Shown: positions 7,401 to 14,877 of the stretch, piece by piece
Position numbering within the stretch: position 1 is the stretch's first letter
Layout: the number at the start of each line of letters is the position of its first letter
IMG/VR virus record: IMGVR_UViG_3300017917_003521
Direction: 5' to 3' (one strand)
DNA length: 15,779 nucleotides
From: a virus
Lineage: Duplodnaviria; Heunggongvirae; Uroviricota; Caudoviricetes
Program-made: the position numbers and the translations under genes
Notes under the pieces: model-generated
Seen by the model: the letters and a program-made list of their open reading frames with translations, nothing else
Database searches by the model: none
What the model was told of the DNA's origin: nothing

Positions 7401-9594
7401 TGTTTATGAGGGATTACCTTTAGGTAGTTTAGGTACATCAACTGTTTACATTGATTATAATGGTATGACTTATTCTGGAGGTAGTTATAGCCTACCGGTT
7501 AATAAGATTCTTTTTGGTACAGATTTAAGACTTGAATGGGAAAGTATATTTGTTAACACATTTGTTGATGTTAGAATAAATGGTATTTCTCAAACTTATA
7601 CAAATGAAAGATTACTAGTACTTAATAAGTATTATGATTCTATAAGTAACTCATATGTAATTGAGTTTCATAAAAGACTTAATTTACCAGTTGGTACAAA
7701 TATTTTACTACCTGGTTGTACTTTAGATATCATATCAAGAAGATATCTACATCAAATAAGTTCGGATTTACAAGAATTAAATAATATTCAAAGAACAAAA
7801 GGTAAGTCTAACTCTTGGCAAGACAATGGTGTGTATTCTTATGAAACATATCAAAATGAATTAAACTTTAAAATACCTACAGACTCATATGCTAAGGTAT
7901 TATTATCAGATGTTGATACTATACAAAAATTATCTGCTTTAATCTATATAGATTATAAAAATGAGTTATCAATGAATATAACTAGATTGGCTAAAGAGTA
8001 TAATGTTCCGATAGTTAATACAGCAAATTATAATAATAAACTTTACATATCTTGTTCACAAAACCATGACTTGATAACAGGCGAGGGTGTTGTTTTAGAC
8101 TTTATAGGTGGGACTGGGTCATCTCAAGAATTAAATCCACAATATTCTGGTTATCATGTTATTACTAAAATAAATGAAACTGACTTTGTTACCGAAATTG
8201 ATTTTGGAGTTCTTCCTACAGTTGGATTGGATGTGGGTTTTGTAAGATATACAAAACAAGATCCTTTCCTTAATTATCAACCTGTTGATTTAATAGAACT
8301 TGGAGTAGATAAAAAAGGTAAAATGTCATTAGAGTTGTCTATTGATAATCTTAAATTAACTGATAGTGTTTATAGTTTAGTTGATGTTGATCTTGAAAAA
8401 TACAGATTTAGATTAGTAGATGGTCTTAATATAGATACTATAAACTTACAATTCTCTTGGTTACTTGAGGCAGAGGTCTCAGGTGCTATTATAGGAGTAG
8501 CTAACAATGAGTTAGTGTGGTACAAAGGTACTTGGATATTTGGTAGATGGTTTGGTGGTATTTGGCAGTCAGGCGTTTGGATGTCAGGTGATTGGTATGG
8601 TGGTACTTGGAATTCAAATATAGTGACTGATAAGAAAATATCAGTTGATGTTGATACAAAGACTGAAAATAATAGTCAATCTTTTTGGTATACAGGTAGA
8701 TGGTTTGATGGTACCTGGAACAATGGTATTTGGAACAGTGGTAGATGGTACGGTGGTACTTGGAACAACGGTGTTTGGTATAACGGTACTTGGAATGATG
8801 GTACTTGGAATAATGGAAATTTTGAAGGTGGTATTTGGGTACTTGGTACTTGGAATAGAGGAGTATTTAATTGTGATAATGATCCTGCTTACTGGTTAGA
8901 TGGTAGTTGGTTTGGTGGTGATTTTGAAAATGGTATGTGGTACAACGGTAACTGGGAACAAAAAAATGGATTATCAAGATTTGGAACTAAATCATTCAAT
9001 AGTAGAACTGCTAATTGGCAAGCTGGTGTTTGGGTTAGTGGATCATTCTATTCATTCCTAAATACAAATGACCAAGGTGTTTTAGATGTATCTGATGTTC
9101 ATAAATACTCTATATGGAAAACTGGACAATGGTTATCTGGTGAATGGTATGGAGGTATCGCTTACAATATGGACTTTAAAACAGGTACTTGGTATGGTGG
9201 TATATTAGAAGATATACAAGTTGTTGGTATAGATACCACAAACAATACATTTATATTAAATGGAATATTCAAATTCAATACAGGTGATTATATCTATATC
9301 ATAGATAATCAAGCATCGAATGCTAACTCGGTATATGGTAGTAATTTGAATCCTGGTTCATATAGAGTTTTATATCAAGTTGAAGATCCTATTAATAAGA
9401 GAACTGTTGTTTATATCGATAAACTACTAACAGGTCCTTCGGTTCCTTCTGGTACTTATACAGGATTGTATGTAGTTTCTAGATTTAAGAATTTAAATTG
9501 GAAATCAGGTATATGGACTAACGGTATATACGATACTGGTCTATGGGAAGGTGGTATCTGGTACAATGGTGTTTTCAGTGGTACTTGGGCATAA
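4429..9594 (+). CDS. Large mosaic virion (tail/baseplate-associated) protein with WxxGx repeats
   Basis: 1721 aa. Tail-fibre-type motif VATT..I.L....LDGV.L..GHRVLVKDQ..ENGIY; Ycf48/BNR-like repeats (e.g. SSVSFFDDLNGAVVGELNTILYTKNGGIEW); an FCCH-like insert (NHDLITGEGV..YSGYHVITK); C-terminal Trp pentapeptide repeats. Confidence 0.85.
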   Translation: MWVYNSDYNKWFANNDSLSKNDFDFLKQELKATRFYSRCLSGATYLPVNDLTDIYDILGDYQSRTWYISPDVTNGSLYSVTSIPSQHASPINNNNLSDYYVKYVQEYGLTLKNLFTPYRLIKDSAKNFYYVDVATTEAIDLSNITRVFTLDGVTLSEGHRVLVKDQVSTVILLSTADPKTYFTGNYTIVQDLGATIEYQYYNEENGIYKFANGNLVRETDLDDYNQCIRYSVSVKLGDANKGRNFHLARMLDGYFPMTSLGQPIEFREKQNWILRNRVDYNNLFEINYYDIIKHGTQSYNYEGTTYTIPERTISVGEFGVILNTQEGKSNIIKNKYKVNLRSISQTSKYYWICGDENTLLRVRKHDFFIDRVLIENIPTTLPNLIKTNLSSVSFFDDLNGAVVGELNTILYTKNGGIEWNRLEIQDFIDYDYTRVLYSTNFSFFVVGKTGVFIEFVNSISGWTAYKRRISKIEDAVDEYLLVENINDLYKTTLSNWSISYNYYTQSIQTDKELLFLVTDNNNLIAYDINNSFSQVGTDFIYFDFGQDYGDIRSITQRQGTNDFYFTATDPTSGNDGIFSFNISNFAYLGTGSSYSNTTVGVSASYVYTEYPNEIFDYNGTQLLICGNNSLLGYSTYSTTNFNSFDSTFEDKLKSKLLILDYDIASKLNFFTDAGDYRLPTAVTFSNISLTSSGSGIFFNPIQQGITSTNNGTYSETNWIVYYQDSQKTFEYYSSAPLDESTKVLISMTFSYSSVAASLTGSNTLITSSASIISSLAPMITYATASKYNGQFLPSIAPISNSFNVFLYDYLMIIKVSTLYPVSIGDVIRFESSVVDADLIVNKIVPSGGSKYIYMYSDFNQNIITNLQNSTNIFTITNLNKYSDINQLKSRFNSHPISMGYSIDYIDIFGNVTTSPTNILQIGGKFNSETAYYNLQTDVIVSGNTQSMVYTNSFLKFGYSPTYNLLDYLTSINDINEVNPKFYATKEYLAMPVYEGLPLGSLGTSTVYIDYNGMTYSGGSYSLPVNKILFGTDLRLEWESIFVNTFVDVRINGISQTYTNERLLVLNKYYDSISNSYVIEFHKRLNLPVGTNILLPGCTLDIISRRYLHQISSDLQELNNIQRTKGKSNSWQDNGVYSYETYQNELNFKIPTDSYAKVLLSDVDTIQKLSALIYIDYKNELSMNITRLAKEYNVPIVNTANYNNKLYISCSQNHDLITGEGVVLDFIGGTGSSQELNPQYSGYHVITKINETDFVTEIDFGVLPTVGLDVGFVRYTKQDPFLNYQPVDLIELGVDKKGKMSLELSIDNLKLTDSVYSLVDVDLEKYRFRLVDGLNIDTINLQFSWLLEAEVSGAIIGVANNELVWYKGTWIFGRWFGGIWQSGVWMSGDWYGGTWNSNIVTDKKISVDVDTKTENNSQSFWYTGRWFDGTWNNGIWNSGRWYGGTWNNGVWYNGTWNDGTWNNGNFEGGIWVLGTWNRGVFNCDNDPAYWLDGSWFGGDFENGMWYNGNWEQKNGLSRFGTKSFNSRTANWQAGVWVSGSFYSFLNTNDQGVLDVSDVHKYSIWKTGQWLSGEWYGGIAYNMDFKTGTWYGGILEDIQVVGIDTTNNTFILNGIFKFNTGDYIYIIDNQASNANSVYGSNLNPGSYRVLYQVEDPINKRTVVYIDKLLTGPSVPSGTYTGLYVVSRFKNLNWKSGIWTNGIYDTGLWEGGIWYNGVFSGTWA
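8518..9591 (+). repeat. Coding W-x-x-G-x pentapeptide repeats in several blocks
   Basis: Roughly 35 units, e.g. WYKGT WIFGR WFGGI WQSGV and WYTGR WFDGT WNNGI WNSGR WYGGT WNNGV, separated by non-repeat inserts and running to the C-terminus. Confidence 0.95.
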
Positions 9595-9608
9595 AAATAT
9601 TATTACAA

Positions 9609-9619
9609 TTTAATATATA
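9609..9619 (+). promoter_or_regulatory. Putative phage promoter motif TTTAATATATA
   Basis: Intergenic; ends 4 nt before the ATG at 9624. Confidence 0.65.
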
Positions 9620-9623
9620 CAAT

Positions 9624-9989
9624 ATGATTAAAAGATATTTACAATTTATTAAAGAGGCGGATGAGCCAGTAAAAGACAATAACAAATATGTAGAGATGAG
9701 AGATGAAATTAAATCTCTTATTGAGAAAACTATTGAAAAGTCTGGTGGTGAGTTCAAATCATTTGTAGATAAATTTGTTAAATCACCTGAAGATGTTAAA
9801 ATTGAAGGTTTAATAAATGACTCAGATATATATGATTTCTATCTTAAATTTAGAAATGATATTGATGAGTTATTAAATGATATTAAATACTTTGATGAAG
9901 TTCCTAGTGAATCCAACACATTTGGATTATATGATTATATAATAAATGGAACTGAAAAGGCTATTATAGAAGCCGTTAAAATGTTATAA
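9624..9989 (+). CDS. Acidic helical protein with T4-like capsid-targeting N-terminus (putative head internal protein)
   Basis: The track start 9543 overlaps the upstream gene. ATG at 9624 follows the promoter motif and gives 121 aa beginning MIKRYLQFIKEA, similar to the T4 IPII/IPIII targeting peptide MKTYQEFIAE. Confidence 0.8.
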   Translation: MIKRYLQFIKEADEPVKDNNKYVEMRDEIKSLIEKTIEKSGGEFKSFVDKFVKSPEDVKIEGLINDSDIYDFYLKFRNDIDELLNDIKYFDEVPSESNTFGLYDYIINGTEKAIIEAVKML

Positions 9990-10422
9990 CATTACTCTTT
10001 TTATTAGACTGTAAAACTTTAACATTATCCAATTTTGGTATTTTTAAACTTAAATCAAAATGATATAAAGTATTTAAAACTAATATTACCTCAAATTTAT
10101 TATACTCTTTTTCTATATTTAAGCAGTTTTTAATAATCTCTTCAAAAGACTTTTTATCTTTCAAAAAATTTATTGTATCAATAACTACATATGATAGTTT
10201 ATTTTGAAATAATCCACCATGGTTTAGAATTTCAAATTCAATATCTGTTAAAAATGTTCCCCTTGGAAAAGCAGTAACTTGAATGTTTTTGTTATTTAAT
10301 TCAAGTGATTTTATTCTTTTATCAAAATCTAAAGCAAAGTACAAAGTCTTTTTAGACTTGTCTATTAGACTAAGTGCTAGATTTGACTTACCAGATTTTG
10401 AATCGCCGTGAATTATTATCAT
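9976..10422 (-). CDS. Minimal RecA/DnaB/KaiC-like P-loop NTPase
   Basis: 148 aa. Walker A GDSKSGKS at the very N-terminus, second strand TLYFALDF, Walker B YVVIDTIN, later strand EVILVLN. ATGA overlap with the upstream gene. Confidence 0.75.
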   Translation of the reverse strand: MIIIHGDSKSGKSNLALSLIDKSKKTLYFALDFDKRIKSLELNNKNIQVTAFPRGTFLTDIEFEILNHGGLFQNKLSYVVIDTINFLKDKKSFEEIIKNCLNIEKEYNKFEVILVLNTLYHFDLSLKIPKLDNVKVLQSNKKSNVITF

Positions 10423-10862
10423 TTGTAAAATAAGTTTACAATTAAATCATATGTTTCTTTGTGTAAGAAAAAATGATTAATTATTAAATACAAATATAAT
10501 AATGATTTTGAGAAAAGAAAAGAAAATAATAAAGTTCTATGAATAATATTCCATTTTATAGGCTTTAAAAATATTTTCAGTATGTTAGCTGATATAATTA
10601 AAAATAAAAAAACATACCAACTACTTGATAATAAACCAAAAATTACCCAAACTATTTCAAATAATGATAAAATTTTATTTGATTCTGAAATAGAATATTC
10701 TTTTTTTGTTCTGTAATCTTTTTTAATTGGTTTTCTACCAACCACTTTTTCATATTTCTCTATCCACTCTTTTATAGAGTATAATTTTCCAAATTTTAAT
10801 ATTGTAGATATAGTAGACAATAGTACTAAAATACCTATTATGTAATATATATGTTCTATCAT
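10419..10862 (-). CDS. Small multi-pass membrane protein
   Basis: 147 aa. N-terminal hydrophobic helix, Lys-rich loop, then about three further hydrophobic segments. Its TGA overlaps the ATPase start (ATGA). Confidence 0.8.
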   Translation of the reverse strand: MIEHIYYIIGILVLLSTISTILKFGKLYSIKEWIEKYEKVVGRKPIKKDYRTKKEYSISESNKILSLFEIVWVIFGLLSSSWYVFLFLIISANILKIFLKPIKWNIIHRTLLFSFLFSKSLLYLYLIINHFFLHKETYDLIVNLFYK

Positions 10863-10949
10863 AGATTTTATATCTATTAATTTTTATTTGTTTCCCAAAC
10901 AGAAGATGTAAATAATTATATATAGATAATAAAATTAATTGACAACTAA

Positions 10950-13664
10950 ATGGCATCTACACCACTTTATAAGTTTTTAAAGACTAACGGAACTTCATTT
11001 TATGCTTTTCCCGGAGCGGCTGAAGATATATCAGCGGCTTATCAAAATTCAAATTATAAAATGTATTTTTCAAAGTTTGCTTTGCTAAATTTCCCAAAGC
11101 AAAATTTAAATGCAGGGACAATGTCAAATCCTATAGTTTTTGATTTTGATAATTCTTTTCAAAAGTCTGTAAATTCCACTCCTCCAGGTAATTTTAGTGA
11201 TGCTATGGTAGAGTCGTTAAGAAACTATGTTGCTAACCAAGAAGTTGTAATTAGAGAAAGTAGATTAAATAATACTAAATATTATTATGATACTAATGCT
11301 TTAGAAACTCCTACAGAAAAGATATTTTTTAAATGGGCTAAAAAGCTTAATTTAATTGATTTTGAACCAGCTATCCCAGATGACGAATATTTTAGTAATT
11401 TGGCAGAGTTTCAAAGAATCAATATAAATGATGATAAGTATTTTCCAGAATACATTTGGAAAGAAAGAGAAGTAATTGCATGGGATTCTTTATCTTTTTA
11501 TCAAAGTGGTGTTTCTGGTTTTGGTTCTAAACTAGAAATTGAATTTTCAGCAACTACTAATTTTAAAGTTGGTGATAAAGTTAGAATATTTGATGTTAGT
11601 AACTCTATAATTTATAACACAACTGGATTAATAGGTTCAGAAACAAGTGAGGGTGTTCAAACTGATATTTTAGCTGTAGTTCCACCTACACCTACTCAAG
11701 GACAAAGAATAATTGTTGATATCAATACAACTATGTCTCAAGAGTTTGAAACAACAGGTCAAGTTGAGTTAGTATATAATAGACTTGTTCAATATATTGG
11801 TGAGATTACTGGTATATCTAATGTTCAAGAAGCAAATAGAAATTATACAGAAGTACAAGCACATATTCCAGACCATACTGGAGCAACGCCTGATATTCTA
11901 TTTAGAACTATGGTTGATGTAAACTATAAACCTAATTTAACATTTCCTATATTACCTAGTCAGTATCAACCGGAAATATTAGGAGCTGAGTTATTTAGTT
12001 CACCAATTGTTAGTGACCCTATAAATTATCCAGGTTCTTATTTTGCTCAATTTGATACTCCAGACTTTACATATGAAACAGCAACTGGTGATTCTATAAG
12101 AAGAAGTGGTAGTTATTTTGGTGTTACTGGTGATATCAATAATCCAATTGTTAATAGTGATACAATAGACGGTTTAGGAGTTGATTTTAATACAAGTCAC
12201 TATGTTAAGATGAATATTTTTAATAGAGTTTTAACTAACTTTGACCAGTTTAATGCTTTAGAGGTTAATAATACACCACCTTTAGATTTTGAGTTCAACG
12301 CAATACTTTGGTATTATACTGTACAAAAAACTGATGAGTCTGGTAACTTAGTTACAAGAACAAACTTATATGGTATTTCATTTTTAGATAATCCTAATAA
12401 CAATGTTTTAGATTCTGAAAAAGGTATAAGATTTCCTGTTTATAAAAAACTAGTTTCAAACGGTCAACAAGATGGTACTTCATATGCTTTTAGTTTAAAT
12501 TTAAACTTTAATATATTAAATGATAACCCTCAACAAGCTTATAATCCAGAGGCTATTAATTCATTATTTAGTATGAATTTGTTCAATCAAGCTATGAGTA
12601 GATTATCTGCCACAAATGATAGCTTTTTGAATCTTATATCAGAACAAGGTGTTTTAAGAGACCAAGTTGATGGTTTAAGACAATTACTTTATACTCAAAC
12701 TGATATATCAACTATTAACTCTAGAATCAATTCTCTTGAAAATTTACTAAGACTGTATTCTACAAATCAAATAGTTAGTACAGATAGTATACAAGCTGTT
12801 ACAAACCCTGGAACTCCTGTTTCAATATCGTTGTATAATAGAGAAACTTCATACTCTACAATCAATAATATTAAAACAACTGATTTATACTCAGCAACTG
12901 GTATAATACCATTGAATCTTACAGTTCCTACTAATAAAAATTTCTTATTAAATATTGTAAATAATGATGAAGTTGATTTAACTTTACCTAACAATGATAG
13001 GTTAACTATTGTTTTAGATAGAGATTTAGATTACAAGCAAAGTGTTGATATATTAATATCAGGTAGTCAATTAGCTTCTCAAAATAAGAAATTAGATATT
13101 TATATTAACACATCTATACCTTCAACTACTTCAACTACTTTAACAAGCACAGAAGCTTTACTTATTGGTGATATAGATTTGCCAGTTTATTTTAACACAG
13201 TAAATTCTTTACAGAATTCTGCCTATTTATGGTCTGACTTTAAATTTGATATTGATTTTAATCAAACTATTCAATATACAACTGGTGATATTTTAGAAAT
13301 ACCTCTTTCTGCAAATACATTACTTATAAATAATTCTATAAAACCTGGTGACACTTTTAGATTAAACAATTTATTTGTCGGTACTTCATCTGTATTTGAT
13401 TTCTCAGGTCAGTATAAAGTTGATTCTGTTGTTGGCTCAACAAGCTCTTACATCCGATTAAATGTTGATAGCAACTCTGACTTTGTTGCTTATGGATCAT
13501 CAGCCTCATTGCCACTTTATATACATGGAACATCATCTACTTTACTTTCAAATTATCCATATTTTACTTTAAATAAAGGTAAAAAAGTTAAAGTAACTAG
13601 AATTAACTCTTCTGATGTATCAATTTCTGAGAAATATCAAATAGAAGTTCAGGATATAAAATAA
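10950..13664 (+). CDS. Large hypothetical protein, probable virion structural component
   Basis: 904 aa, beta-rich and Asn/Thr/Ser-rich, with a central coiled-coil segment (GVLRDQVDGLRQLL..INSRINSLENLL) and FCCH-like inserts (FKVGDKVRI, IKPGDTFRL..SGQYKV). Lies among fibre-type genes. Confidence 0.75.
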   Translation: MASTPLYKFLKTNGTSFYAFPGAAEDISAAYQNSNYKMYFSKFALLNFPKQNLNAGTMSNPIVFDFDNSFQKSVNSTPPGNFSDAMVESLRNYVANQEVVIRESRLNNTKYYYDTNALETPTEKIFFKWAKKLNLIDFEPAIPDDEYFSNLAEFQRININDDKYFPEYIWKEREVIAWDSLSFYQSGVSGFGSKLEIEFSATTNFKVGDKVRIFDVSNSIIYNTTGLIGSETSEGVQTDILAVVPPTPTQGQRIIVDINTTMSQEFETTGQVELVYNRLVQYIGEITGISNVQEANRNYTEVQAHIPDHTGATPDILFRTMVDVNYKPNLTFPILPSQYQPEILGAELFSSPIVSDPINYPGSYFAQFDTPDFTYETATGDSIRRSGSYFGVTGDINNPIVNSDTIDGLGVDFNTSHYVKMNIFNRVLTNFDQFNALEVNNTPPLDFEFNAILWYYTVQKTDESGNLVTRTNLYGISFLDNPNNNVLDSEKGIRFPVYKKLVSNGQQDGTSYAFSLNLNFNILNDNPQQAYNPEAINSLFSMNLFNQAMSRLSATNDSFLNLISEQGVLRDQVDGLRQLLYTQTDISTINSRINSLENLLRLYSTNQIVSTDSIQAVTNPGTPVSISLYNRETSYSTINNIKTTDLYSATGIIPLNLTVPTNKNFLLNIVNNDEVDLTLPNNDRLTIVLDRDLDYKQSVDILISGSQLASQNKKLDIYINTSIPSTTSTTLTSTEALLIGDIDLPVYFNTVNSLQNSAYLWSDFKFDIDFNQTIQYTTGDILEIPLSANTLLINNSIKPGDTFRLNNLFVGTSSVFDFSGQYKVDSVVGSTSSYIRLNVDSNSDFVAYGSSASLPLYIHGTSSTLLSNYPYFTLNKGKKVKVTRINSSDVSISEKYQIEVQDIK

Positions 13665-13677
13665 AGTGTCTTTAGAT

Positions 13678-13688
13678 TTTAATATATA
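13678..13688 (+). promoter_or_regulatory. Putative phage promoter motif TTTAATATATA
   Basis: Intergenic, 23 nt upstream of the ATG at 13712. Confidence 0.6.
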
Positions 13689-13711
13689 TGTTAAAATAAA
13701 AAGATACATAT

Positions 13712-14857
13712 ATGTCAGTTGCATGTTCCACTAATTTATTTGGCACTAGAAGTCAGTTTATAAAAACTAATGGAGGTGATATTGTCGCAGTTGATGGGTC
13801 TGGCGTTAGAGAAAGACTTATACTATCCGATTTAAGAATACCTTACAAACAAATATTAAAAAGTAGAGTTATACTTAAAGTAGGACAAGCAAACTATTTA
13901 CTTAATCATTTAGGACTTGGTGATAATGCCACATTTTTAGCTATTAAAGCCGTTTATGATCCTAAATCTGTTATTGAGTCTGATAATTATATAAATTGGA
14001 GTTACTATGATGATTTAACTAGAATTAATCATTTTGCTGACTTTATGGTATTAACAGGAAACTCAGCAAATAGAGTTCCTCAAATATATTTAACTAATCC
14101 AAGTACTAAATATCCTGTTTATCTTGATGTTATGGTTGCTGTTATAGATGATACTTATTCTATATTTACAGATACATTAAATCAAACAGGAACTTCTTTT
14201 GTTGGTCTAGAGTATACAGATATTCATAGTCATATTGTTGGCTCTTCAATAGTTGTAAACGATAAGAGTTCACCAGTTAGACCACTAATTTATATAAATA
14301 TTAGTGATATAAATTCTATTCAAATAAGTGGTAGAATATTAATATTAGATGACTCTAGTAGAGGATCTTTATTCTTGGAATTTTTAACTGAAAATGATGC
14401 CTATCAAGCACACTCTTTAATAAACTATGTTCTTGAAAATCCTAATGTTGATATAGACTCTTTAAGTCCAGTTAGTGATAATTTAGATCCTGTTCTTTAT
14501 TTCTATGATACTGCTGGAGCTGGTGGTGATTATATATCACTTAATGGTGCTACTTATGGTGTACCTTATGATACAAGTGAGGGTTTAACATTCTCAACAA
14601 GTATATCTTTATCTACATATGGAACATCAAGTGGTTATATTGACAAATCACAGTTAATTTATTTATTAGTTGACTATATTGAAGATAACAGAGATGGTTA
14701 TATGTATATGATGCCTTCTAATTTAATTATATCTGGTACAGCTGGAACAACTGATAAAATATTAAATGTAGGCACATATTTACTTACATTTGATTTCTCT
14801 GATATAGCACATAACTATTTAGATGGGGTTAATATTAACTTGACTATAACTAATTAA
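13712..14857 (+). CDS. Hypothetical protein, probable tail-associated structural protein
   Basis: 381 aa, beta-rich. Its central module is similar to the N-terminus of the downstream fibre protein. Confidence 0.75.
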   Translation: MSVACSTNLFGTRSQFIKTNGGDIVAVDGSGVRERLILSDLRIPYKQILKSRVILKVGQANYLLNHLGLGDNATFLAIKAVYDPKSVIESDNYINWSYYDDLTRINHFADFMVLTGNSANRVPQIYLTNPSTKYPVYLDVMVAVIDDTYSIFTDTLNQTGTSFVGLEYTDIHSHIVGSSIVVNDKSSPVRPLIYINISDINSIQISGRILILDDSSRGSLFLEFLTENDAYQAHSLINYVLENPNVDIDSLSPVSDNLDPVLYFYDTAGAGGDYISLNGATYGVPYDTSEGLTFSTSISLSTYGTSSGYIDKSQLIYLLVDYIEDNRDGYMYMMPSNLIISGTAGTTDKILNVGTYLLTFDFSDIAHNYLDGVNINLTITN

Positions 14858-14877
14858 AAAATATAAAAAATGAGATA

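Noticed and set aside
8518-9100. Locally higher GC suggesting foreign DNA
   Set aside because: Explained by Trp and Gly codons (TGG, GGT) of the protein repeat; the same applies to the terminal Gly-Ser repeat.
9543-9623. N-terminal extension of the 9624 gene
   Set aside because: It overlaps the end of the 1721-aa gene and covers the promoter motif.
10889-10901. Hairpin TGTTT-CCC-AAACA in the divergent gap
   Set aside because: Five mostly A-T pairs and a 3-nt loop are too weak, and there is no U-tract.
506-12994. Short track ORFs 506-709, 1726-1959, 2898-3101, 3192-3494, 6053-6298, 8645-8899, 9575-9757, 10750-10956 and 12767-12994
   Set aside because: Each lies largely within a longer, motif-bearing gene in another frame or strand. 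Their Met/Ile/Leu/Val-rich translations are typical shadow frames of AT-rich coding DNA.
14293-14300. Exact T4 late promoter TATAAATA
   Set aside because: It lies mid-gene, far from any start, and is expected by chance in AT-rich DNA.
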